DNA from: a virus
Virus record (IMG/VR): IMGVR_UViG_3300021389_000012
Span: 12,530-76,529 of that record
Length of the DNA stretch: 64,000 nt
Direction: 5' to 3' (one strand)
This document shows, one piece after another, positions 9,224 to 18,434 of this stretch. Under the pieces are notes generated by a model that was not told where the DNA came from, did no database searches, and saw nothing but the letters and a program-made list of their open reading frames with translations. Every line of letters begins with the position of its first letter. The stretch's first letter is position 1. Position numbers and translations under genes: made by a program.

Positions 9224-9853
9224 ATGCTTACACTTAAAGAGAACCTAACTTACGATCAAGCGAAAATCATCACTGAGTCAGATCATGATGGTAAGAACTT
9301 GTTTATGCAAGGTATCTTTGTACAAGGTGACAAGCGTAATCAGAATAGTAGAGTTTATCCAGTTAATGAAATTTCAAAAGCCGTTAAGGCAATACAAGAA
9401 AAAATTGAAACTGGTTATTCAGTATTAGGCGAAGCAGATCATCCAGATGATTTGCAAGTCAATTTGGACCGTGTATCTCACATGATTGAAAAAATGTGGA
9501 TGGATGGTCAAGACGGTTATGGTCGTTTAAAACTATTACCTACTCCGATGGGAAATATTTGTAAAACCCTATTAGAGAATGGAGTGAAACTTGGCGTTTC
9601 GTCAAGAGGTAGTGGTAATGTAGCAGAAAGCGGTAATGTTAGTGAGTTTGAAATTCAAACTGTTGATATTGTTGCTAACCCAAGTGCACCAGATGCCTAC
9701 CCAGATCCTTTATATGAACAAATTATGAATGGTCATCGTGGTAACATCTTACTTGACGTTGCTGCAGCGGCAAAAGACGATAATGTAGCCGAAACATACC
9801 TCCAGAAGGAAGTATTAAAGTTCATTGAAAAACTAAACATTAGGAGAAGCTAG
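9224..9853 (+). CDS. prohead protease (T4 gp21-like)
   Basis: NQNSRVYP, LGEADHP, GVSSRGSG and DIVANPSAPDA motifs. Confidence 0.95.
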   Translation: MLTLKENLTYDQAKIITESDHDGKNLFMQGIFVQGDKRNQNSRVYPVNEISKAVKAIQEKIETGYSVLGEADHPDDLQVNLDRVSHMIEKMWMDGQDGYGRLKLLPTPMGNICKTLLENGVKLGVSSRGSGNVAESGNVSEFEIQTVDIVANPSAPDAYPDPLYEQIMNGHRGNILLDVAAAAKDDNVAETYLQKEVLKFIEKLNIRRS

Positions 9854-10951
9854 ATGGCTAATAATGCAATAGAACAACTCCTAAGTTCCGAAGTCCTTTC
9901 TGAGGAAGTGCGTTCAACACTTTCAGAAGCATGGGAAGAACGTTTAACAGAAGCTCGAGAAGAGATCACTGCTGAATTACGTGAAGAATTCGCTAACAGG
10001 TACGAAACTGATAAGACATCAATGGTGGAAGCACTAGATGCCATGGTATCAGATACGATTAATACCGAATTGAAAGAATTTGCAGCGGACAAAAAAGCGG
10101 CAGTAGAAGCTCAAGTTGAGTATAAACGTCAAATTTCGCAACATGCAGAAATACTTGATAAGTTTGTTATGGAAACGCTTAACAAGGAAATTACAGAACT
10201 ACGCAAAGACAGAAAACTTCAAGAAGGTAACTTTGAGAAGTTAGAAGACTTTGTGATGGAACAACTTACTTCAGAACTTAATGAATTCCATAATGACAAG
10301 AAAGACCTTATTGAACAGAAGGTAAAACTTGTCGCGGAAGGTAAAGAAATGATCACTAAAGCTAAAGAAGACTTTATAAACAAAGCTTCAGGTAAACTAG
10401 CTAGTATTGTTGACACAACATTGTCAACAGAATTAGGTACGTTGAAAGAAGATATTAAGCAAGCAAAAGAAAATATGTTTGGACGTAAACTGTTCGAAAC
10501 TTTTGCAGCTGAGTTTATGAGTTCACATATAGCTGAAGGAACACATATTTCTAAACTTTCAAAAGAACTTTCAGATGCGAAGATTCAAATTGAAGAATCG
10601 CAAAAAGAAATTGCAGATAGAGAGGCAAAAATTATTATAGAAACTAATAAAGTTACTAAAATTAATGAAAGCCGTGAGCGTGAGTCAGTTATGACTGAAC
10701 TTATGTCTCCACTATCTAAAGATAAGCGTGAGTTAATGAACAACTTACTTGAAAGCGTAAGCACAAGTAAACTTAAAGCTCAATTCAACAAATACTTACC
10801 AACAGTATTAAACGAATCAAGCACAGTTAAATCACAAAAACTAACAGAATCACAGAAGACTGTGATTACCGGTAACAAGGCAAGCACTACTCAGGAAACT
10901 GAAAGCGAAGCCGAAATTATTAACCTTAAAAAGTTAGCAGGAATCAACTAA
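9854..10951 (+). CDS. prohead scaffold protein (gp22-like)
   Basis: 365 aa coiled-coil protein between the protease and MCP; C-terminal IINLKKLAGIN. Confidence 0.85.
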   Translation: MANNAIEQLLSSEVLSEEVRSTLSEAWEERLTEAREEITAELREEFANRYETDKTSMVEALDAMVSDTINTELKEFAADKKAAVEAQVEYKRQISQHAEILDKFVMETLNKEITELRKDRKLQEGNFEKLEDFVMEQLTSELNEFHNDKKDLIEQKVKLVAEGKEMITKAKEDFINKASGKLASIVDTTLSTELGTLKEDIKQAKENMFGRKLFETFAAEFMSSHIAEGTHISKLSKELSDAKIQIEESQKEIADREAKIIIETNKVTKINESRERESVMTELMSPLSKDKRELMNNLLESVSTSKLKAQFNKYLPTVLNESSTVKSQKLTESQKTVITGNKASTTQETESEAEIINLKKLAGIN

Positions 10952-10963
10952 GGAGAATTCCAA

Positions 10964-12136
10964 ATGACACAGAATCTATTTGAAAATTGGGACGTAACAA
11001 AAGACGCCCTTACAGATGGCTTAGAAGGTAACAAAAAAGTTGTAATGGAGAGCGTTCTTGAGAATACTAAGAGCTATCTTTCAGAATCAGCTGCAGCTGG
11101 CTCAACTATGGCAGGTAACGTTGCATCACTTAACAAAGTGATTCTTCCAGTTATTCGTCGTGTTATGCCAACAGTTATCGCAAACGAACTAGTAGGCGTA
11201 CAGCCTATGACTGGTCCAGTAGGACAAATTCACACACTACGTGTAAGATATGGCCAAACAGCAGCTGGTGTTACAGCTGGTGACGAAGCACTATCACCTT
11301 TCGCAATTGCAAAAGGTTACTCAGGTGACGCATCAAACGGTACGGCAACTTCAACTTCTTCAATGGAAGCAGAAGCTGGTAAGAAACTTTCAATCCAAGT
11401 ATTGAAACAAACTGTTGAAGCGAAAACACGTAAACTATCAGCACGTTGGACTTTTGAAGCGGCACAAGATGCTAATTCAATGCACGGTCTAGATGTTGAA
11501 GCAGAAATCATGCAAGCACTTGCACAAGAGATTACTGCTGAAATCGATCAAGAAGTGATCGGTTCACTACGTACACTTGCTGGAACGGCAACTGATACGT
11601 TTGATCAGGCAGCAATTGCAACAGCTCACCCAGGACATACTTTTGTCGGTGATACGCATGCGGCGTTGGCAGTTCTTATTAACAGATCAGCTAACTTAAT
11701 TGCAGCACGTACACGTCGTGGCGCAGGTAACTACGTGGTGATTTCACCAACTATGTTAACTGTACTACAAAGTGCAACAACTTCAGCGTTCGCAAGAACA
11801 ACTGAAGGTCCATTTGAAGCTCCAACTAACACTAAATTTGTTGGTACTTTAAACGGCACTATGCGTGTTTTTGTTGACCAGTACGCGGCGGATAACGCTC
11901 CTGTACTAGTTGGCTACAAAGGCGACGGTGAAATTGATGCGGCAGCTTTCTATTGCCCATACATCCCACTAATGTCTTCAGGCACAGTACTTGATCCATC
12001 AACTTTCGAGCCAACAGTATCATTTATGACACGTTATGGCTATGTAGAGCTAAACAACCAGGCTTCATCTCTTGGTAACGCAGCTGACTACCTAAGCAAA
12101 ATTGATGTAACAGCAGCTAACCTTTCTTTTGCATAA
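10964..12136 (+). CDS. major capsid protein (T4 gp23-like)
   Basis: ELVGVQPMTGPVGQI, AKTRKLSARWT, AAAFYCPYIPL and FMTRYG; probable maturation site YLSE|S. Confidence 0.97.
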   Translation: MTQNLFENWDVTKDALTDGLEGNKKVVMESVLENTKSYLSESAAAGSTMAGNVASLNKVILPVIRRVMPTVIANELVGVQPMTGPVGQIHTLRVRYGQTAAGVTAGDEALSPFAIAKGYSGDASNGTATSTSSMEAEAGKKLSIQVLKQTVEAKTRKLSARWTFEAAQDANSMHGLDVEAEIMQALAQEITAEIDQEVIGSLRTLAGTATDTFDQAAIATAHPGHTFVGDTHAALAVLINRSANLIAARTRRGAGNYVVISPTMLTVLQSATTSAFARTTEGPFEAPTNTKFVGTLNGTMRVFVDQYAADNAPVLVGYKGDGEIDAAAFYCPYIPLMSSGTVLDPSTFEPTVSFMTRYGYVELNNQASSLGNAADYLSKIDVTAANLSFA

Positions 12137-12160
12137 TATTTGCAAATAAAAAGTTACACT

Positions 12161-12191
12161 AAAATAGGGCCTTTAGGGGCCCTATTTTTTT
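12161..12191 (+). terminator. Rho-independent terminator after the MCP gene
   Basis: AAAATAGGGCC-ttta-GGGGCCCTATTTTTTT. Confidence 0.85.
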
Positions 12192-12196
12192 CACTC

Positions 12197-12243
12197 ACGT
12201 TCATCCTATTATAGGACGGAAGTAGCAATAGCGAAGGAACGCA
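12197..12243 (+). promoter_or_regulatory. glnA / Downstream-peptide-type (glutamine) riboswitch aptamer
   Basis: CGTTCA-TCCTA(tta)TAGGA-CGGAAGTA-GC(aata)GC-GAAGGAACG matches the three-way-junction consensus as I recall it (P1 CGUUC/GAACG, GGAAGUA and GAAG joining strands). Confidence 0.75.
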
Positions 12244-12267
12244 CTTAACTGTAAAAAGGAGAGTGTT

Positions 12268-12420
12268 ATGAATCACAGAGACTTCGAACTAGCTCGTAAA
12301 AAAGAGCGTACAAAACGATCACACAAAGCAATTCACAAGAAACAACTGCAAAGACCTTTGTCTAGACCACGTGCTGACAAGAATATACTAAGTTCAGACC
12401 CTAGATTACAGAAAATTTAA
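12268..12420 (+). CDS. 50-aa Arg/Lys-rich peptide downstream of the riboswitch (absent from the ORF track)
   Basis: RBS AAGGAG at 12256-12261, then MNHRDFELARKKERTKRSHKAIHKKQLQRPLSRPRADKNILSSDPRLQKI*. Confidence 0.7.
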   Translation: MNHRDFELARKKERTKRSHKAIHKKQLQRPLSRPRADKNILSSDPRLQKI

Positions 12421-12439
12421 TTTTTTTTAAAAAAAAAGG

Positions 12440-12468
12440 TTGACCTTTATGCAAAAACGTTGTATATT
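12440..12468 (+). promoter_or_regulatory. sigma70-type promoter
   Basis: TTGACC, 17 bp spacer, TATATT, with an upstream A-tract. Predicted +1 is about 12475. Confidence 0.7.
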
Positions 12469-12474
12469 AAGTAT

Positions 12475-12691
12475 ATAAGCAACAAAGAGTTTAGCGGCTC
12501 AATGTTTATAGTGCAAGGAAGAGGCGTTACCTAGGCGTCGAACTTGACTGCTCAGGGGTTATACCCAGGCTTTACATGGAAAACATGGGGAGTCACATTG
12601 CGGATACGCAGGAGTAGGTGGTAGTGTAAATAGAAAAGGTATCTAGATGTGCTACTTGGAGGTGTACCCCAGTCCTCCCTATTTTGCTTAT
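12475..12691 (+). ncRNA. candidate ~217-nt structured ncRNA (family not recognised)
   Basis: Has its own promoter and terminator. 5' ATAAGCAA pairs with 3' TTGCTTAT. It has multiple internal hairpins, is GC-richer than its surroundings and has no ORF. Confidence 0.7.
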
Positions 12692-12694
12692 TCT

Positions 12695-12718
12695 AAAAAG
12701 ACGCTTCGGCGTCTTTTT
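12695..12718 (+). terminator. Rho-independent terminator (UUCG loop)
   Basis: AAAAAGACGC-TTCG-GCGTCTTTTT. Confidence 0.85.
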
Positions 12719-12801
12719 CTTTGAGCAGCCAAAAAAGGTTTGTCTTTGATAAATACATATATAATAAATAACATATAAGGAAGTAGTAGGAAGAAAGCAT
12801 T

Positions 12802-13404
12802 ATGTCATCACACATTAACCCAGACTCTGGAACATTAGTTGTAGAAAGCACTAACGCATTAGACGTTACAGCATCACCTGTAGATCCTGTTGGCGCAGCT
12901 CTACATGTTAAAGGCGGAACATACACAGAACATAATTTGTATGTTGGTGGAACATTACTTGTAAACGGAGATGTTATCTCGTTAGGTAATGGAAACGCAT
13001 CTATTACAATTAATGCAAATGTTAGCAGTGATGTACTACCAAACGTAGCATCAGGTATACAATATAATTTAGGTAGTAACGGTAATCCGTGGAATAAAGC
13101 ATACTTACAGAAAATAGTAATAACAACTACATCAGTAACTAATTCATCAACCCTCAATACAACAGGTTTAGTATATATAAACTCAAGTACAAGTCTTGCA
13201 TTGGCTTTGGCAAATGGGACAGAAGGTGAGAAAAAATCATTAGTTGTTACTACATCACTACCTAGCACAGTAGTTATAACTCCAGATACTTTTGTAAACG
13301 GTACAAGCGTGTCATTTACAACAATAGGACAAAGTATTGAGTTAATATATACAAGTGCTGGATGGGCTATTACTTCTAGTTTTGGAAATCCTAGCGTAAG
13401 CTAG
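12802..13404 (+). CDS. virion structural / decoration protein
   Basis: 200 aa, S/T/G/V-rich beta-type composition; late promoter at 12749-12755. Confidence 0.6.
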   Translation: MSSHINPDSGTLVVESTNALDVTASPVDPVGAALHVKGGTYTEHNLYVGGTLLVNGDVISLGNGNASITINANVSSDVLPNVASGIQYNLGSNGNPWNKAYLQKIVITTTSVTNSSTLNTTGLVYINSSTSLALALANGTEGEKKSLVVTTSLPSTVVITPDTFVNGTSVSFTTIGQSIELIYTSAGWAITSSFGNPSVS

Positions 13405-13463
13405 TATTCTAAGACATTAAATACAAAAACGCAAGAGCGAAGCGAAATTGTGAGGAATAGAAG

Positions 13464-16400
13464 TTGGCTATAAATATAAACCATCAGGCAGATAAAATTA
13501 AATCTGAATCTGACCTAATACTAGATGCAGGATCAACCAGCAACATTGATGTTTCAACGAAAATTGTTAAAAATGCATCAGACCCAGTAGATCAACAAGA
13601 CCTTGTAACAAAAGCATACTTTGAAGCAAACAGTGGTAGCAATGCTATTGACTTAACATTAGGTGTAAGTTCGGATAGTAGTTGGACAGATGGTGCAATT
13701 GAAGGATGGCTAAGCAGTACAACAGTTGGTGATGCTATTGATGACATTAATGAAGCACTACTAAATGTACAAAATAATACTTTTGTTAAAGGTATTGATT
13801 TTACAGCTGACGTTGTTACAGGTGGCGCAGGACTAACTTCTACTCTTACTATTACCGCTGACGGAAATCCAAACAGATATACTATTAATTGGGGTGATGG
13901 CAACTCAACAACTGCAACAACAGATTCAACTCCAACTCATACTTACGCAACTAATACAGGAAGCCCGTTTGATGTAACAGTAACAGCATTTAATAATACT
14001 GGTGCAGGAACAGGTTCAACTTCTACTAAATTAAGAGAAGATTACATAACAATTTTTACAGGCGATCCAGCAGTTTCATTTGTAGTATACGATGCGCCAA
14101 CTGGCGGCAACGCAATTACATATTGGGATGATGGCGATACTGTCTATTTTGAAAATACAACAACTAACACATCAGGAGCAGTAATTCAATACACATGGGA
14201 TTGGAGCGATGGTTCCGCAGATGATGTTATTAATAGCGATAGTGTAGCAGGCGGTGTAGGCGGAGGACGATTGTCTCATACGTTTGCTCTTAGTACAGAA
14301 GCAGAAGTACAAAGAACCGTTACACTAACATTAGACAGTCATAGCACAGCTACGCCATCAATACTCCCATTAGACGATGATGCTTCATATAAAATTTACG
14401 ATGATCATACACCTGATACTACTTCAAATATTACAACAGGTATTAATGAAGAATCAAATGCAGGACTAACAGTAACATTTACTAACAACACTGAAAATAC
14501 TATAGGAAGTTACAGTACATACGGAACAACTTATAGATGGGACTTTGGTGATGGAACAATTACAACAGTAAATGCAGGCAGTAATCAAAGTGGTGATACT
14601 GGACAAACAATAACGCACAAATACACACTTTCAAATAATAGCACGCCAGCAGATTATACAGGTAACTTACAAGTTTTAAGTAATCACACAAGCAGTCCAT
14701 TTACAAGTTCAGATTTTACAATTCATGTAGAACCAGATGTTAGAGCAAACATCTCAGGTAGTGCAGATACAGTTTCAGATCGCAATAGCGATGACATATA
14801 TGATGTATATGACGGCGTAGATTATAACGGCGTAAACAGAGCATTAGTTACTGTAAGTAACACAAGTGAAAATGGTGACAATCATGAATACGATTGGAAC
14901 GATGGCAGTGCTAATGATAATGAAGCAGGACTAAACAGTGTACAACATGACTTTACAGGAGTAACACCAGGCAACTATCAATTAGATTTTACTGCAACAG
15001 GTACTCCAGATATAACTGCTCAAACAGATTCGGCCAACTTAACTTTTCAAGTTAATGCAGTGCCAAACGCACCGGGTGGATTAAGTACAAAAACAATTAC
15101 ACTTACTGATTCCACACAGGGTATTGATCCTAAACTAGCTAATAACTTTACTGACAATAGTGCAACGTCACCAGTGATTGCTGGAGCAAGTTTAAACACA
15201 AATACCGAAAGACGATATACTAGCGGTAACCTTGACACCAGCATTGCACAAAATGTGTATAATGGTTTAAGTGGTACTGCAACAGCAATTGTTAACGGTT
15301 CGGCAGATGGATCAAAGACGTTTACTACTTCCTTAAATGAAAACGGTACCTTTGATAGTTTAGTAATTAGCGATCAACGTGATGCAAATGATAGTATAAG
15401 TTCTACAACTTACCCCACTGGATTTTATCAAACATTTGACGCAAAAATTACTAAACCATTTGCTGAATACTCAACAGGTGTTAATGATCAAAGAATAGAG
15501 CACAATGCAACAGGAAATACTAACTACGTAACAGTTATTTGTGATGACTTAACTAGCGTTCCTACTATTGACTTAGCAAGTGCTACTTTGACAGAAAGCA
15601 CCGCAGGTAGTTACAGATATATTTCTGGAATTCCTTACTACAACACAGGAAACCCACAACTTACACTAAGTGGTGCATCGCTTTCTAACTGGATTGGTCA
15701 AGCATATAGAGATACAAGCAATGTATTTGAAATTGCTAATGGTACCAATTCAGAAAGCACAAGTGGTGCTACTATTAGTACACAGTATAAAGGGTATTCA
15801 GACCTAGAAGCAGTTTCTTATTTAACAGCAGGTATACCAAATGCTAATACTGGATTTGGTTCATCATATGCATTAGCAGACCAAACAATTAACGTTACTA
15901 CAAGTAGTGTTAAAGCAGTCGAAACGCTTAAATTTAAAGCGAATAATGTAAATGGTAGCTCAAACTATACAGAACTAACAAACACCGCTGTACAGGTGCA
16001 TACTGCTAATCCTACGGGTGTTTTAGAGGATGATATACCAGTAGCAAGTGGATTAGGTAACGGTGTAATTACTGATGACGGAATTCGTATTGCTGACTTT
16101 ATATCTTCTACTACAGATAATCCAGCAATATCAAGTTCTACTAATTATACTTCTACACCATTCACTGGTGCAATTAGTGTAAGTGGAACACAAGAAGCAA
16201 CTGTACGTTGGGGTATATTAAAACATGATACTACTGATTATTCTACTGGATTTTTACCAGTAGGTCCTGATAGAAGCTCAGATACCGGAACACAGTATTT
16301 TACTTTTGCTTTCCGTAGACAAGTTGTTGCTAACTTTAATATCAGTATAAACAGTACGGGTATTGCAGGACTATGGATTGCAGCACCAGGTACTGGTGTA

Positions 16401-16679
16401 GATACTGCAAGTGGATTAAATGGCTGGCTAGATTGTACAGGTCAATATGCTGGTGCAGGTGTTCCTGGTAGTGATACTGGAAACGGAGGTAACGGCAGTG
16501 ACGGTTGTGCCTTGACAGGTTCAGATACAGTACCAACAGGTTCAAGTATTAATTCAAGTTATACAATGACGCTAGGTAGTGAAAATATGAGTAATGCAAC
16601 AAATAATGTTGTGTTAGTTAGAGTAGCATTAGCAAGCGGTAAGCAACTTACAAGTATATCTATCGGGGAGACTAGTTAA
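13464..16679 (+). CDS. large PKD/Ig-like repeat virion protein
   Basis: 1071 aa with repeated YTINWGDG, YTWDWSDG, YRWDFGDG and YDWNDG PKD signatures. TTG start with GAGGAA RBS. Confidence 0.75.
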   Translation: MAININHQADKIKSESDLILDAGSTSNIDVSTKIVKNASDPVDQQDLVTKAYFEANSGSNAIDLTLGVSSDSSWTDGAIEGWLSSTTVGDAIDDINEALLNVQNNTFVKGIDFTADVVTGGAGLTSTLTITADGNPNRYTINWGDGNSTTATTDSTPTHTYATNTGSPFDVTVTAFNNTGAGTGSTSTKLREDYITIFTGDPAVSFVVYDAPTGGNAITYWDDGDTVYFENTTTNTSGAVIQYTWDWSDGSADDVINSDSVAGGVGGGRLSHTFALSTEAEVQRTVTLTLDSHSTATPSILPLDDDASYKIYDDHTPDTTSNITTGINEESNAGLTVTFTNNTENTIGSYSTYGTTYRWDFGDGTITTVNAGSNQSGDTGQTITHKYTLSNNSTPADYTGNLQVLSNHTSSPFTSSDFTIHVEPDVRANISGSADTVSDRNSDDIYDVYDGVDYNGVNRALVTVSNTSENGDNHEYDWNDGSANDNEAGLNSVQHDFTGVTPGNYQLDFTATGTPDITAQTDSANLTFQVNAVPNAPGGLSTKTITLTDSTQGIDPKLANNFTDNSATSPVIAGASLNTNTERRYTSGNLDTSIAQNVYNGLSGTATAIVNGSADGSKTFTTSLNENGTFDSLVISDQRDANDSISSTTYPTGFYQTFDAKITKPFAEYSTGVNDQRIEHNATGNTNYVTVICDDLTSVPTIDLASATLTESTAGSYRYISGIPYYNTGNPQLTLSGASLSNWIGQAYRDTSNVFEIANGTNSESTSGATISTQYKGYSDLEAVSYLTAGIPNANTGFGSSYALADQTINVTTSSVKAVETLKFKANNVNGSSNYTELTNTAVQVHTANPTGVLEDDIPVASGLGNGVITDDGIRIADFISSTTDNPAISSSTNYTSTPFTGAISVSGTQEATVRWGILKHDTTDYSTGFLPVGPDRSSDTGTQYFTFAFRRQVVANFNISINSTGIAGLWIAAPGTGVDTASGLNGWLDCTGQYAGAGVPGSDTGNGGNGSDGCALTGSDTVPTGSSINSSYTMTLGSENMSNATNNVVLVRVALASGKQLTSISIGETS

Positions 16680-18262
16680 TGGCAATTTCCGATAATCAAA
16701 AGTTAGACTATCTATTTAAGAAAGTTGGTTTTGGTGCAACCAAAACTGATATTAATTCTAACAAACTTGCTGCCAACGAAAGCATTGCAAGTCCGTTATT
16801 AATACGTGGTGATACAATTTGGGCAGAATCTGGTAGTATTCCTTCAGTTAAGCCCAGTACTACAACAAGCCCAGTAACAATACAAACAGCCGTTGAAGCA
16901 ACTGCTGATATTACTGCAAGTACTAATAGAACTTGGAAAACAGGAGTAACAGATTGGATTCCAACTGAATTTGGTGCAACATATCTTGTAAATGTTTATA
17001 TTCATACCAGCGGTGATGCCGCAGGTGCTGAATCATTATCTAATAAAGTATTTACAACTGGTAGTGGTAACAATGACGAATGGTTCTTTGATTATCAATC
17101 AGGTGTATTAAACTTTATTGGCACAAACTTACCCAATGGTGTAAACTTCTCAGGTAAGAGTGTTTACATATCTGGTGCAACATATTCTGGAACTAAAGGT
17201 ACTGCATCATCTAGTCAAGCTGCCGACATCAGTACACTACAGACACAAGTAGCTAGTATATTAACAAACACAGATCCAGCCGCATTAGACTCACTTACAG
17301 AGATTGTAAATGCGTTTCAAACAGCTGATGGAACGTTTGCAACATCAACAGAGCTTGCTAACGTAAACACCGCTATACGAAGCGATTTGGCACTTACAGT
17401 TGAAGAAATAAACGATCCAGTATCAAACGTAAGTGTATCAGATGTAACAGGACTAAAATTTGACGTCGACGGTGGTTTTGCACTAACAGACAACAGTGAT
17501 GGTACAGTTACAATTACACTTGAGTCAACCTTTAAAACGTGGCACGTTTACGATACGGCTAGTGACACAACACCAACTGATATTGTTGCAAGTGCAGTTG
17601 ACGAAATTGATATACGTGCTGGTAATAATATTACACTTACTCCAGTTACTACTACTGGTTCTAAAGGGATAACAATTGCTAGTGATATTAGTGATTTATT
17701 AGACCTTGGTATAAGTGATGGTACAGTTGGTCAAGTATTACAAACAGATGGTAACGGTAACTTCTCGTTTACAAATAATAGTATTACATCTAATTCAATT
17801 CCTACTTCTCAAGCATTTACAGGAGACGGATCAACAGTTGATTATACATTAACAGATTCTCCAGCAGATGAAGAATCTATAGACGTTTATGTAAATGATG
17901 TTTTGCAACGTCCTAGCATATACTCGTTAAGTGGAACAACATTATCATTTAATGAGACTCCTGCTAATAATGATGAGATTTATGTTAAGTATAGATATCC
18001 AAATGCAACAAATGTAAGTTTAGTGAATAACTCTGTAGAAAACCAACACTTAGATTTGATATATACTAGTAACCAGTATACAGGAGACAACACTACAACG
18101 CAATATACTATTCCAACTGGACACACAGTTGATAGCGTATTAGCCATAGTAGATGGATTAATTTTGCAACCAACTGAATATAGTGTTAGTGGAGCAACTT
18201 TAACTTTTACAACTGCACCGTCAACTAGTTCAACAGTTGACTTTAGATATTTTCCAATTTAA
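16679..18262 (+). CDS. virion fibre / decoration protein
   Basis: 527 aa with DPAALDSLTEI, GQVLQTDGNGNFSF and two C-terminal (F/Y)TGDG..T.Y beta repeats; coupled to the previous gene by TAATG. Confidence 0.65.
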   Translation: MAISDNQKLDYLFKKVGFGATKTDINSNKLAANESIASPLLIRGDTIWAESGSIPSVKPSTTTSPVTIQTAVEATADITASTNRTWKTGVTDWIPTEFGATYLVNVYIHTSGDAAGAESLSNKVFTTGSGNNDEWFFDYQSGVLNFIGTNLPNGVNFSGKSVYISGATYSGTKGTASSSQAADISTLQTQVASILTNTDPAALDSLTEIVNAFQTADGTFATSTELANVNTAIRSDLALTVEEINDPVSNVSVSDVTGLKFDVDGGFALTDNSDGTVTITLESTFKTWHVYDTASDTTPTDIVASAVDEIDIRAGNNITLTPVTTTGSKGITIASDISDLLDLGISDGTVGQVLQTDGNGNFSFTNNSITSNSIPTSQAFTGDGSTVDYTLTDSPADEESIDVYVNDVLQRPSIYSLSGTTLSFNETPANNDEIYVKYRYPNATNVSLVNNSVENQHLDLIYTSNQYTGDNTTTQYTIPTGHTVDSVLAIVDGLILQPTEYSVSGATLTFTTAPSTSSTVDFRYFPI

Positions 18263-18318
18263 GGAAATATTTTTTTAAAATCCTAGTTCACAAATAACTT
18301 AATTCCACCCAAATATAG

Positions 18319-18422
18319 GTAAATACATTGCACGGGTTCTTACCTGTGTGTTAATTGCGGAGTTCATATACCGCAGTTGACCTTTCCTTATAAAGATTAT
18401 AAGGAATCAAATATATTTGATT
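18319..18422 (+). promoter_or_regulatory. late promoter plus four-hairpin 5' leader
   Basis: GTAAATA at 18319-18325, then hairpins at 18330-18349, 18350-18381, 18384-18406 and 18405-18422 abutting the GGAG RBS. Confidence 0.6.
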
Positions 18423-18434
18423 GGAGAAATCTAT

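Noticed and set aside
12475-12691. tRNA, tmRNA, RNase P or SRP RNA
   Set aside because: No cloverleaf or T-loop/CCA, no tag ORF, no RNase P CR-I/CR-V sequences and no SRP domain IV motif.
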